DNA of 64,000 bases. Origin: Nanobdellota archaeon. GTDB taxonomy: Archaea; Nanobdellota; Nanobdellia; Woesearchaeales; GW2011-AR4. The notes beneath the pieces were generated by a model. It searched no databases. It had not been told where the DNA came from and saw only the letters and a list, made by a program, of their open reading frames with translations. The translations under genes were made by a program, and so were the position numbers. This document shows positions 1 to 10,068 of the stretch, piece by piece. The DNA is taken from the NCBI GenBank assembly GCA_038046385.1, contig JBBSWH010000011.1, positions 1 to 64,000 of the forward strand, written 5' to 3'. How positions within the stretch are numbered: position 1 is the first letter of the stretch; each line of letters starts with the position of its first letter.

Positions 1-1
1 A

Positions 2-1480
2 GAAGGCATGATTAAGCATGTTTTCAGGACAACTTTAAACAAAGATGTCAAAACACCTTTCAGAAGAATCCCTTATACAGAATCAGTTGAAAAATATTCA
101 ACAGACAAGCCGGATTTAAGGTTTGGGATGGAATGCTGCACAGTAACAGAAATTGCAAAGCACTCTGAATTCAAGGTTTTTCTTGACGTTGTAAAAAAAG
201 GAAATGTTGTAAAGCTGCTCAATGCAGAAGGATGCGCAGAAAAATTAAGCAGGAATCAGATTGACGAGCTTATAGAGTTTGCAAAGCAGAACGGCGCCCT
301 TGGATTGGCTTGGATGAAAGTTACAAAAGAAGGATTGGAAAGCAACATAGCAAAATTCTTCCCGCAGGAAATACAGAAAAAGCTTATTGAAAAGATAAAT
401 GCAAAGCCAGGGGATTTATTGTTGTTTGCAGCCGACAAGGAAAAAGTTGTCAATGATGTCTTGAACAAGATAAGGTTGAAGCTCGGAAACGACCTTGGAT
501 TAATAGACAAGAGCGATTTTGCATTCTGCTTCATTACAGATTTTCCATTGTTCGAGTACAGCGAAGAAGAGGGAAAATGGGACTTTGCCCACAATCCGTT
601 TACAATGCCGAAAGAAGATTACATACAATATCTTGAAAGCGACCCTGGAAAAGTTATGTCTTATCAATATGATTTTGTGATGAATGGAAGCGAATTGTTT
701 AGCGGTTCTGTGCGAAACACAATACCAGAACTGCAGGAACGAACGTTTAAAGTTACTGGAATGTCCCAGGAACAGATAAGCGAAAAATTTGGATTCCTGC
801 TTGAAGCCTATAAATACGGAGCTCCTATGCACGCAGGCTTTGGCCTTGGATTTGACAGATTGACATCTTTAATGCAGGGCATGAGCGATATAAGGGAAGT
901 AATCGCGTTTCCAAAAAACAAATCTGCTGAAAATCCGATGGACGGAAGTCCAAGCGAGCCAAGCGACAAGCAATTGAGCGAATTGCACATAAAATTGGAC
1001 TTTGTAAAAGAAACACCAAACGCCCTTTTCACAAAAATAAAAGATGTTCTTAACAAGGAAAAGATAGATTTTGAAGTTATGGAGCACAAGCCAGTTTATA
1101 CTAGCAGGGAATCTGCTGAAGTTCGAGGCACCGAACTAAAACAAGGGGTAAAAGCTCTTGTGTGCAAAACCGAAGAGGGTTTTATCCAGGCATGCGTTGC
1201 AGCAAACAAAGAGCTTGATGTTGAAAAGCTGCAGAAACTCACTTTGTTCAAAAAAATAGAATTATCCAATCCAAAAGACGTAAAACAGGTTTCAGGATGC
1301 AACATCGGCTCTGTCCCGCCATTTGGCAATCTATTTGATGTTAAAGTTTACTTTGACAAAACTGTTTTAGACAACGATATTGTCGCATTCAACGCAGGCT
1401 CTCATACTAAAAGCATCAAGATGAAAGCAAAAGATCTGCAGAAGATTGTTAACCCTATTGTTGGTGAGTTTTCTAAGTAG
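2..1480 (+). CDS. aspS: Aspartyl-tRNA synthetase (bacterial type, GAD insertion), 5'-truncated by the window, with a C-terminal YbaK/ProX-like domain
   Basis: YSTDKPDLRFG, GAD-like insert, HNPFTMP, YDFVMNGSEL, motif 3 GAPMHAGFGLGFDRL, IREVIAFPK; then ~150 aa with HKPVYTS..SAEVRG, VKALV, GCNIGSVPPFG, FNAG. Frame is open to the window edge. Confidence 0.93.
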   Translation, partial: EGMIKHVFRTTLNKDVKTPFRRIPYTESVEKYSTDKPDLRFGMECCTVTEIAKHSEFKVFLDVVKKGNVVKLLNAEGCAEKLSRNQIDELIEFAKQNGALGLAWMKVTKEGLESNIAKFFPQEIQKKLIEKINAKPGDLLLFAADKEKVVNDVLNKIRLKLGNDLGLIDKSDFAFCFITDFPLFEYSEEEGKWDFAHNPFTMPKEDYIQYLESDPGKVMSYQYDFVMNGSELFSGSVRNTIPELQERTFKVTGMSQEQISEKFGFLLEAYKYGAPMHAGFGLGFDRLTSLMQGMSDIREVIAFPKNKSAENPMDGSPSEPSDKQLSELHIKLDFVKETPNALFTKIKDVLNKEKIDFEVMEHKPVYTSRESAEVRGTELKQGVKALVCKTEEGFIQACVAANKELDVEKLQKLTLFKKIELSNPKDVKQVSGCNIGSVPPFGNLFDVKVYFDKTVLDNDIVAFNAGSHTKSIKMKAKDLQKIVNPIVGEFSK

Positions 1481-1489
1481 CGGGTTGTA

Positions 1490-2209
1490 ATGATAAAAGA
1501 CTTAAAAGATATTAAGAAAAATGAAATTAATCTATTTGGAGGGAAAGCTGTAAATTTAGGATTTCTTATACAGAATGGATTTAATGTTCCAGCTGGGTTT
1601 TGCATTTCAACAAAAATCAATGAATTGACTTCGACTGTTAAGAAAGAAACAATTAAAAGGTTTAGGGCACTAAACTCAAAAGTATCTGTAAGAAGTTCTG
1701 CTACAGCAGAAGATGCAAAAAATGCGAGCTTTGCAGGGCAATTTGACACTTTTCTCAATATTGATTCAGACGTTAGAGTATTGAATGCCATTAAAAATTG
1801 CTGGACTTCAGTTAAATCCGGCAGGGTAAACTCTTATATGGAAGGCAAGAAAATAAAAAACATTGAAATGGCAATTATCATTCAGAAAATGGTAAATGCA
1901 GATTTTGCCGGAGTGATCTTTACTGTAAACCCTATAAAAAAGAAAGGGCTTCTTATAGAGGTGACTGAAGGGTTGGGGGATAAATTAGTATCGGGAGAAG
2001 TAACTCCAAATACTTATTTTATTGATAAAAAATCATTAAAAATAATAAATAATATCTTAAAGTTTAGTTTTAAAAAATCACTCATTACGAAGCTGTCACA
2101 AACAGCGTTAGAAATAGAAAAATTGTATAAATTTCCGCAGGATATTGAATTTTGCATTAAGAATGAGAAAATATTTATCTTACAATCTAGGCCTATAACT
2201 ACACTATGA
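1490..2209 (+). CDS. PEP/pyruvate-binding (ATP-grasp, PPDK_N) domain protein, N-terminal half of a split dikinase
   Basis: GGKAVNL, VPAGF, VRSSATAED..ASFAGQFDTFL, IQKMV, GVIFT, GLGDKLVSG, PQDIEF, ILQSRPIT. Confidence 0.9.
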   Translation: MIKDLKDIKKNEINLFGGKAVNLGFLIQNGFNVPAGFCISTKINELTSTVKKETIKRFRALNSKVSVRSSATAEDAKNASFAGQFDTFLNIDSDVRVLNAIKNCWTSVKSGRVNSYMEGKKIKNIEMAIIIQKMVNADFAGVIFTVNPIKKKGLLIEVTEGLGDKLVSGEVTPNTYFIDKKSLKIINNILKFSFKKSLITKLSQTALEIEKLYKFPQDIEFCIKNEKIFILQSRPITTL

Positions 2210-3651
2210 GCTTTGAAATTTTTGAAAGGATATACAGTGGCCATTGGTTTTTATCTAGCTATAACGGCCCTGGATTTGTAAGAGATTTTCCTAAAATCGG
2301 AGGCGGGAAATTTATAACCAAAGCTATTTATGTTATGGAAAACCAGATGTGCCGCTATATTTTTGACAATAATGAATTTGAAAAAGCGGCTAACTTTACA
2401 GCAGACCGCTTGATAAATGATGATAAATGGCGTTTAAGCATTTACAAAAAAATTGATTTCTACACAAAAAAATATTTTCAAACCGGAGAAAACCTTAGAA
2501 AATTAAATTTAAGCTCGCTGAGCAGCAATAAACTTGCGCAAATAATCAATAAGATTATTTCATTACAACACCATCATCAGGTTTATAGCATTCTTGTTAA
2601 TGGGGTTGTATTAGACGGAAGAAATCATCTATCAAATAAAATACGCAATGAAGTAAAGTCTGCATTGGGAAATACTAAGAAATTTGAGGATTATTGGTCT
2701 TTGCTTACTTTAGTGACTAAAATGAGCCTTAGGCAGGAAAAGGATTATGAAATATCCTTAATAGCTAAAAAATCAAAAAATATGAGTAAGAAAGATACAA
2801 GCAAAAAATTAATGAAATTATACGAAAAATATTGCTGGATTGATTACAACAATCTTGGGCCCCCAGCCTCATTTAAAACATTTGAAAATGAGCTGGAAGA
2901 CGCTATAAAAAATAATATTCATTTAAGCTTGCCTATGCAATTAAAAAATATTAAGGCAAAACAGGAAAAGCTAATGAGAGAATTACGCTTCAATAAAAGG
3001 CTTAGATTTCTGGTCAATTTATCCCAATATGTCATTTGGCAGAAAGGTTTTCGTAAGGATATGCAATATCATGGATTTTACTGCTATGAAAATTTATTTA
3101 AGGAGTTAGCCAGAAGAAATGGAACAGGCGATTGGCAGGCATTTAGCTTTTTATTTCCGTGGGAAGTTGAAAAATTTTTAATTGAGAAAACCCCCAGTAT
3201 TTCAGAGCTTAATGAAAGAAGAAAATTCTCTTGCTTTATTGTGTCTAAAGACGAGCTTGGTTTAAAAATAGGCAAAGAAGCCCGCAAATTTTCAAAAAGC
3301 CTGAATCTACTTGAGGATTTTTTCCATCTTAAGGAAACAAAAGGGCAGTGTGCTTATATAGGAAAGGTAAAAGGATATGTCAAGGTTGTGCAAATACCTT
3401 CTGATATAAGCAAGATGAATAAAGGAGACATACTAATATCCCAAGCTACGAGTCCTGATCTTTTACCCGCTATGAAAATAGCTGGTGCTATCGTTACCAA
3501 TACTGGCGGATTAATTTGTCATGCTGCTATAACCTCAAGAGAACTCAAGCTTCCATGTATAGTAGGAACCGGAAACGCCACGCTTATTTTTAGAGATGGT
3601 GATTTAGTTGAGGTTAACGCAACTAAAGGCATTATCAGAAAATTAAAGTGA
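2206..3651 (+). CDS. PEP-utilizing enzyme mobile (phospho-His) domain protein with a large helical N-terminal region
   Basis: C-terminal GDILISQATSPD..AGAIVTNTGGLICHAAITSRELKLPCIVG; ATGA overlap with the upstream gene. Confidence 0.85.
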   Translation: MSFEIFERIYSGHWFLSSYNGPGFVRDFPKIGGGKFITKAIYVMENQMCRYIFDNNEFEKAANFTADRLINDDKWRLSIYKKIDFYTKKYFQTGENLRKLNLSSLSSNKLAQIINKIISLQHHHQVYSILVNGVVLDGRNHLSNKIRNEVKSALGNTKKFEDYWSLLTLVTKMSLRQEKDYEISLIAKKSKNMSKKDTSKKLMKLYEKYCWIDYNNLGPPASFKTFENELEDAIKNNIHLSLPMQLKNIKAKQEKLMRELRFNKRLRFLVNLSQYVIWQKGFRKDMQYHGFYCYENLFKELARRNGTGDWQAFSFLFPWEVEKFLIEKTPSISELNERRKFSCFIVSKDELGLKIGKEARKFSKSLNLLEDFFHLKETKGQCAYIGKVKGYVKVVQIPSDISKMNKGDILISQATSPDLLPAMKIAGAIVTNTGGLICHAAITSRELKLPCIVGTGNATLIFRDGDLVEVNATKGIIRKLK

Positions 3652-3701
3652 TTCGATAAGGTACCATAAATTAAACATCAATTATAAAAAAATAAAAAAA
3701 A

Positions 3702-4271
3702 TTAATTAAAATTTACAGTTGGCGCATTCTCGGCTCCTGACACAGATTCAAAGTAAGCCCGGTCAGTATATCCAAGATTGCCTGCAACCATGTTGCTTGG
3801 GAAAGTCTTGATTCTTGCGTTGAAATTACGGACAGCTTCATTATAGCGTCCTCTTTCAACAGCAATCTTGTTCTCTGTGTTTGACAGTTCATCCTGAAGC
3901 GACTGGAAATTCTTGGTTGCTGTAAGCTGCGGATAATTTTCAGCCATAACAAGAATCTTTGAAAGTGTTGATTCTATTTGGTTTGCAGTATCTACTTTTG
4001 CATTTACATTCGGCGCAGTCTGCCACTGGCTTCTTAATTGGGATAGCTGTGTAAGCGTGCTTTGCTCGAAATTTGCAGCGCCCTTGACAGTATTTACAAG
4101 ATTGGGTATCAAGTCAACCCTTCTCTGATACTGCGTCTCAACCTGGGCCCATTTGTTGTTCGTTTCTTCATTCAGTCTTATCAAAGAATTGTATGTTCCA
4201 ACATACCACATCACTAATAATAATATTATTGCAACCGGTATTCCGATTCCGAGCATTAGTTTCTTGTTCAT
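3702..4271 (-). CDS. lemA: LemA family protein
   Basis: N-terminal TM, YNSL, WAQVETQYQRRVDLIPNLV, ENYPQL, ENKIAVER.RYN, FPSN. Confidence 0.95.
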   Translation of the reverse strand: MNKKLMLGIGIPVAIILLLVMWYVGTYNSLIRLNEETNNKWAQVETQYQRRVDLIPNLVNTVKGAANFEQSTLTQLSQLRSQWQTAPNVNAKVDTANQIESTLSKILVMAENYPQLTATKNFQSLQDELSNTENKIAVERGRYNEAVRNFNARIKTFPSNMVAGNLGYTDRAYFESVSGAENAPTVNFN

Positions 4272-4474
4272 TTTCTTTTCACCTTTGTTTTTTGAGATTT
4301 TGATTTTTTCTGTGAAAATCCGTATAATGATTTAACTTCTGGTCCATCAAGCCACATTCCTCCGCATTTGTCACAGACATCAAGCACAGCGCCAGATGCA
4401 TGGTTTATCTTCCTCATGTATTTTTTTCCGATAATGCCGGAGCATCTCGGGCAACCCATCTTTTTGTCTTCCAT
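4268..4474 (-). CDS. TFIIB-type zinc-ribbon small protein
   Basis: CPRC...LDVCDKCGGMWLDGPE; translationally coupled to lemA. Confidence 0.8.
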   Translation of the reverse strand: MEDKKMGCPRCSGIIGKKYMRKINHASGAVLDVCDKCGGMWLDGPEVKSLYGFSQKKSKSQKTKVKRK

Positions 4475-4512
4475 TTTAGTGTGTTATCAGCATGTGTTTT
4501 TATTCTTTGCGA

Positions 4513-5301
4513 TTAAAATTTTCCTCCAAAGCCACCACCGCCAAATCCTCCGCCTCCGCCTGAAAATCCTCCAAAACCACCGCCACCGAACCCGCCGCCT
4601 CCAAAACCACCTCTGCCTCTTCCAAGGTTTCCAAGGAAAATTCCGCTGGCAGCTCCCTTGTAATAGCTGTCATTGCGCTTGTTTATGCTTGAATGGGCGT
4701 TAGCTTTTCTTTGCAGTATGCTCATTACTATAATCAATAAAAAAAGCCCGAAAAAAATCAGAAGAAAATAACTCCCTGTGCCGGATTTTTCTTCTTTTAG
4801 CCTCACTATATCTGCGTCATTTGAGCCAAGCAGTATCCTTTTTGCAACATCAAACGTGTCTAATATTCCCTTTTCATAATTATTTTCTTTAAGGCTTGGA
4901 ATTAAGTAATCTCTTGAAATTCTGCCGAGCAAAGATGCGCTTAATGTGCTTTCCACCCCATAGCCGACTTCCCATCTGAATACGCGGTCTTCTGTTGCAA
5001 CATAAAGCAAAATCCCGTTGTCATTGCCCTTTTTGCCTATTTTATTGTCTTCTGCAATTTTTAGCGTGTATTCTTCAAGGGAATAATCTTTTGAATATTC
5101 TTTCTCTATGTAGATTGCAAACTGCACACCCTTTGTTGATTTTTCCAAATCCACAATCTCATTCAGCAATTGTGCTTTCGCGCTTTCAGAAAGAACCCCT
5201 GCATTGTCAGTTACGTAAGAATCAATTTTAGGAATTTGAGCGCTTGCTACAAATGAAAAAATCAGAAAGCCCAAAACCAATAATAATAAACCCTTTTTCA
5301 T
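4513..5301 (-). CDS. TPM-domain membrane protein (YgcG-like)
   Basis: Signal peptide from MKKGLL, YVTDNAGVL, IGKKGNDNGILL, EVGYGVE, one TM, Gly-rich GGFGGG tail; usual lemA neighbour. Confidence 0.9.
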   Translation of the reverse strand: MKKGLLLLVLGFLIFSFVASAQIPKIDSYVTDNAGVLSESAKAQLLNEIVDLEKSTKGVQFAIYIEKEYSKDYSLEEYTLKIAEDNKIGKKGNDNGILLYVATEDRVFRWEVGYGVESTLSASLLGRISRDYLIPSLKENNYEKGILDTFDVAKRILLGSNDADIVRLKEEKSGTGSYFLLIFFGLFLLIIVMSILQRKANAHSSINKRNDSYYKGAASGIFLGNLGRGRGGFGGGGFGGGGFGGFSGGGGGFGGGGFGGKF

Positions 5302-5353
5302 AATAATAAAATTATCAATAAAGTTATTAAACTTATCCATTGCACTTTAGATT

Positions 5354-5911
5354 ATGGGAAAAATAATAATCAATTTCGTCACAAGCAACAAAGGAAAAGT
5401 TCGTGAATTTAAGCAGATTCTTGAGCCTTCAATCAAAGTAAACCATATTGAATTATCTTATCCCGAGATAAGAAGCGAAGATTCTGAAGAGATTGCAAGG
5501 CATTCTGCAAAGGCATTGGCTGAAAAATTTAAAAAACCAGTTGTAGTCGAAGATTCTGGCCTGTTTATTGAAGCGTTAAATGGTTTCCCGGGAACTTATT
5601 CTGCCACAGTCCACAAAAAGATTGGATTGGAAGGAATTTTAAGGCTGATGAAAAACATCAAGAACAGAAAATGTGTTTACAAAAGCGCCGTTGCATACTG
5701 TGAGCCAGGCAAAACTCCCGTAAGTTTTCTCGGAACAGAGAACGGGACAATTGCAAACAGCATAAAGGGAACTTTTGGCTTTGGCCACGATCCAATTTTC
5801 ATTCCGCAGGGCGGCAAAAAGACTTATGGCGAGATGGAAGACGCGTCTGAAAAAAAGAAATTCAGGAGAATGGCTGTCGAGAAATTGAAAAAGTATTTGT
5901 TAAAAAAATAA
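5354..5911 (+). CDS. rdgB: Non-canonical purine NTP pyrophosphatase (RdgB/HAM1)
   Basis: VTSNKGKVRE, VEDSGLFIEALNGFPG, GFGHDPIF. Confidence 0.93.
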   Translation: MGKIIINFVTSNKGKVREFKQILEPSIKVNHIELSYPEIRSEDSEEIARHSAKALAEKFKKPVVVEDSGLFIEALNGFPGTYSATVHKKIGLEGILRLMKNIKNRKCVYKSAVAYCEPGKTPVSFLGTENGTIANSIKGTFGFGHDPIFIPQGGKKTYGEMEDASEKKKFRRMAVEKLKKYLLKK

Positions 5912-5935
5912 AAAATTAAATTTGTCAGAAATTTT

Positions 5936-6580
5936 TTAAATGGGTTTTTTAAGTTCAAACCTTGTTTCATGAACTTCTGGTTCTAAGTCCCAAATGTTTC
6001 CATATTTTTCTTTAAGTTGGGAAACAAATTCACCCAAAACGCCATGGAGTTCCGAAACTAGGGAGTACAGGATAAGGTTATTCCCCAATCCTGCGCTTTT
6101 TATTGCATCCTGATATAGAAACCAATTACGCAAGGATAAGTCTGCTACTCCCCCAGGCCTCAAAATTCTGTGTATCTCTGGCAGTGACAAATTTACTCTC
6201 GTGTGATGCAATGTTCTGTAACTAATCAAATAGTCAAAAGTGTTGTCAGGTATTCCGGGCATGTTTTCTAAATTTGCAACAATCCTTCTCTCTCTTCTGA
6301 ATGGAGTTGCTTCACTATAGATTGGTTGAATGTCAATTCCAAATGCTTCAACATATTCTAATTCTTGTAGTTTGGCAAGAGCAACTCCAACATTGCAACC
6401 TACATCACCAATCAGTATTGGATATTGAAAACCAGTTCTAAAATCACTAATTCTTTCATGAACACTTATTCCCAAAAAATTTTCATATGCTGATAATGAA
6501 ATTGAATCGGGTCTTGTGATAGCTTCAAAATTTCCGTTATACGATTCTAATGCTACTCTTTCTAAATCTTGTATTCCCAT
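5936..6580 (-). CDS. Class I SAM-dependent methyltransferase
   Basis: DVGCNVG, GIDI, NTFDYLIS..TLHH, EIHRILRPGG. Confidence 0.8.
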   Translation of the reverse strand: MGIQDLERVALESYNGNFEAITRPDSISLSAYENFLGISVHERISDFRTGFQYPILIGDVGCNVGVALAKLQELEYVEAFGIDIQPIYSEATPFRRERRIVANLENMPGIPDNTFDYLISYRTLHHTRVNLSLPEIHRILRPGGVADLSLRNWFLYQDAIKSAGLGNNLILYSLVSELHGVLGEFVSQLKEKYGNIWDLEPEVHETRFELKKPI

Positions 6581-6949
6581 TTTATCCTCCGCATTTTTAC
6601 AGCCTATCGGCTATTGTTTTTCAGTTTTTTATAAAATAAAATCAGCCTTACAATAATCCCTTCATCGTCCGGACACCATCAAGAAATTGCATTTGACGCC
6701 TATAGAATCGTAAATTCCAAGCAGCCAAAACAAGAACCAGTTTTCAGATATCAGACAATGAATTGCTCACAATGAGCTTACTACGACGACAGATTTAAGA
6801 CTAGCATAATTACAATTATTTTTTCCTTGTGCAAATTTCATAGTATTGGGAATGCTGTTGAATTTATAAAACTTGCTGAAAAATCTAAAAATTACTTACT
6901 AAACAAGTAATTCCAAAACTTTAAATACTCAAATCAAAAATAGACCCCC

Positions 6950-8419
6950 ATGCAATCAAAACCCCTTTTAATTATTTCTGTTTTTTTCTTATTGTTTATC
7001 TCGGCATGCAGCAAAGACCCTGCTGAAAAATATAATTCTTATATGGAAAAAGCTAATGAACTTAAAGAATATAAAATAGTTTACAAAATGGAAATGAGTG
7101 CCTTTAAGGTTTTTGGGCTTGGAGAGATGAGGATAGGCCTCTTCAAGAAAAATGACAATGAAAAGTCAGTGGTGGAAGCAAGTGTGATGGGGCAGAGCAT
7201 AACGGCGTCTGTTTACAACGTTAATGGAAAAATGATTGTATGCTCAAAAGATCCATTTAACCCTGATGGTAAACCTGTATGTGCTAAAGATAAAACAAAT
7301 GAATTCTCCCAGATTTTGGATTATACCACTATCACTTCTAACATGGAGCCCGGAAATACAGAAGTATCTTCTATAGGCAATGGGGAGTACATTGGAAAAA
7401 AATGCGATAAATTTAGTATAGACATAAAAAATATTAGCATCTTGCTTAACATGTCTGACCAACAAAGTATGTTAAGTTCAAGCAGCGACTTAAATAGTAT
7501 TAAGACAAGAATAGAAGTATGTATAGACCGCAAAACAGGATTAGGGCTTTATATCAAGATGTATTCCTTTTCAAAATCAGAACTCGAGGACAATGATGTT
7601 GAAAACGAGATACTATCAATGACTGCAACGTCATTTGCAGATAAAGTTGATGACTCTATATTTATCTTGCCTGTTAAATATGGTATCCTTGGGTCGGCAT
7701 GCGATAATAAGGAGATTATAGCTGTCGTAGACCCTTATGCAGATATGGCTTCCGATTCAAAAATAAATGTTATGGGTGATTCTTTTTCAAAGAAAATTTC
7801 TAATGTAATGCCTCTTAACAATAAAAATTTCCAGAAAGGCAAAATTTCAATTGTTCAGGCAAGCCTTCCGGAAAATAATCCGCCTTATCCCTCTTACGAG
7901 ATTTGTTTAGGAGATGACTGCCAGAATTTGCCATGCGCCTTTGGTGTATCTGTAAACTGCATTAAAAAATCAAATGACAAGCAGACATGCGAATCTGACA
8001 AAGGGTGCATTTACTCCGACGGCTTATGCAAACAATTTTCATGTTATGATTTAAAAGATAAAGGCGCATGCAACTCCAAAAACTGTTACTGGGACGAAAG
8101 CTACGGAATCGGGCAATGTGCTGATACTTCATGTTATAACTTTAAAACACAAAACGAATGCGAGTCAAGCGATTTGACATGCGGATGGTACGAAAGTCAA
8201 GGATATACCTCTTGCAACCCTAAGTCTTGTTACGACTTTACTGTAAGGGAATTATGTGAATCAAGCAATTTGAAGTGCGAATGGAAAGAAGATCCAGGCT
8301 ACCCTGGCTACTGCAATCAAAAGAATTGCCTCGGATTGTCCACAAAAGAATCCTGCGAATCATCAGATTTAAACTGCAAGTGGCTTTCTGACCAGTACGG
8401 GTCGTACTGCACAATCTAA
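6950..8419 (+). CDS. Lipoprotein with C-terminal Cys-rich tandem repeats
   Basis: Lipobox-like LFISAC; about five repeats of C-x7-8-CESS-x-L-x-C-x-W-x5-7-G/Y-x-C. Confidence 0.8.
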   Translation: MQSKPLLIISVFFLLFISACSKDPAEKYNSYMEKANELKEYKIVYKMEMSAFKVFGLGEMRIGLFKKNDNEKSVVEASVMGQSITASVYNVNGKMIVCSKDPFNPDGKPVCAKDKTNEFSQILDYTTITSNMEPGNTEVSSIGNGEYIGKKCDKFSIDIKNISILLNMSDQQSMLSSSSDLNSIKTRIEVCIDRKTGLGLYIKMYSFSKSELEDNDVENEILSMTATSFADKVDDSIFILPVKYGILGSACDNKEIIAVVDPYADMASDSKINVMGDSFSKKISNVMPLNNKNFQKGKISIVQASLPENNPPYPSYEICLGDDCQNLPCAFGVSVNCIKKSNDKQTCESDKGCIYSDGLCKQFSCYDLKDKGACNSKNCYWDESYGIGQCADTSCYNFKTQNECESSDLTCGWYESQGYTSCNPKSCYDFTVRELCESSNLKCEWKEDPGYPGYCNQKNCLGLSTKESCESSDLNCKWLSDQYGSYCTI

Positions 8420-8466
8420 ACTGCAATTCACAAACTTTATATATAATCTAAAATCTATCTTTTTCT

Positions 8467-9042
8467 ATGATTCAGAAAATAAAGGATTTAATGAAGACAA
8501 AGGAAGATTTGGACGCAATAAACGGCAACATAGAAGAAAATAACAGAATAATTTCTGAATTAAAGGAAGAGTTAAAGTCACTAAAAGCCGGATTGAAGGA
8601 AACAAAAAAGTCGCAGGACGAATTCCTAAACACATTCAAAGAAAATTTATCTTCAATAAGCAATCTTAAGGAAGACTTTGGAAAGGAATTATATGATTTC
8701 AAGCTTTTGAAAGGCCAGCTCCAAAGAAAAATACTTGACAAGTTTGAGGAAGAGCTGCAGAAGGATTTGGAAGTAAATCGTGATTCATTGAAAAAAGACA
8801 TTCAGGATTACAATGAACTAAGGAAAAGCGTTGACGAGATATTGTCAAAAATCAACATGACAGGCAGCGAGTTAAGCAAATTCCTTGACATAAGCAGAAA
8901 CATCAAGAAAGAGGATTTTGAGCTTGTAAGGCACTCAAGAAATCTTGCCGAAATGGGCAGGGAAAAGCTTGAATTGATGAGAAAAATTGACAATCTCGAA
9001 AGAATGCTTTCCAAGATGCGAAGAAGAGAGATTATCAGGTAG
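8467..9042 (+). CDS. Coiled-coil hypothetical protein
   Basis: Heptad-rich K/E/L sequence; TATA-like TTTATATA about 25 nt upstream. Confidence 0.75.
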   Translation: MIQKIKDLMKTKEDLDAINGNIEENNRIISELKEELKSLKAGLKETKKSQDEFLNTFKENLSSISNLKEDFGKELYDFKLLKGQLQRKILDKFEEELQKDLEVNRDSLKKDIQDYNELRKSVDEILSKINMTGSELSKFLDISRNIKKEDFELVRHSRNLAEMGREKLELMRKIDNLERMLSKMRRREIIR

Positions 9043-9375
9043 ATTTTATTTTCTTAATTTACTATTGCAATGTATGGCGAGTGCCGAACGACTGGCAATC
9101 GAGTGAGGCACGAGCACTAAATATTGTGAGGCAAAGCCGAACAGATTAAATCTTCCTGAGAAAACTCAAACTTAGAAAAGGAGGTGTGCCCCAGATAAGA
9201 GGGTCGTAATACCTGGGGCGGAGATGGATTTCAATCGTTACTTGGGTTTTCACCTCTAGTTTTTTTAAATTGAATCCATAATCTAGGTTGGATAGCTTAT
9301 TTATATACTGTATGAAGCATTGTTCTGAAACGCAATTTCACAAGCTTTATAAAGGGAAAATCGAGAGTATCATAT

Positions 9376-10068
9376 ATGGCGTGGGAATGGTTCTTTGGGA
9401 AGGGTATATTTATAGACTCAATTTCGCTTGTTGTTATGCTGCTAATAGCGCTTTCTGCGACAAAATACTACTTTGTAAAAAAAAGCCGCAATTACCTTTT
9501 CTTGGCATTGTCTTTTTACTCTATGGCTCTCGCATTCCTTTCTAAAATACTCATAACCTTTACAATAAACTATAAAGTTCTGTATACAGAAGCCGTACGT
9601 TCAATGCAGTACACTACTACAATAGTGAAATCCTCTGAGGTGCTGTCCATCAGCGGGGATTTGTTTTACAGGATTTTTACCCTTGTAGGCCTTTTCCTGC
9701 TTTATTCAATATATGAGAAGCAGTCAAAGGCAAATATAATATTGATGGCTTACCTGCTTTCACTCTCAGCATTGTTTACCAAAGACCAGTATCCCTTATA
9801 CTATCTTTTTTACTTAACAACATTTCTTTTCTTTGGAATAATATCCCACAGGTACTACAGGAACTACAGGGAGAACAAGGAAAAAACAACAGGCATGCTT
9901 GCAGCCAGCTTTTCTATAATCACATTAAGCCAGCTCCTTTTCCTGCTTAAGATAGCTTCAAAATCATTTTATTTTGCAGGCGAAATAGTGCAGCTTGTAG
10001 GATATACCTTATTATTGGTTACATTCATAATGGTGCTCAAGCATGGACGGAAAAAGAACAAAAATTGA
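9376..10068 (+). CDS. Polytopic (about 7 TM) membrane protein, possible sensor
   Basis: Seven hydrophobic segments; overlaps the downstream wHTH gene. Confidence 0.7.
   Translation: MAWEWFFGKGIFIDSISLVVMLLIALSATKYYFVKKSRNYLFLALSFYSMALAFLSKILITFTINYKVLYTEAVRSMQYTTTIVKSSEVLSISGDLFYRIFTLVGLFLLYSIYEKQSKANIILMAYLLSLSALFTKDQYPLYYLFYLTTFLFFGIISHRYYRNYRENKEKTTGMLAASFSIITLSQLLFLLKIASKSFYFAGEIVQLVGYTLLLVTFIMVLKHGRKKNKN

Noticed and set aside
6581-6949. Possible small gene between the methyltransferase and the lipoprotein
   Set aside because: Only short stop-interrupted frames with no recognisable motif.
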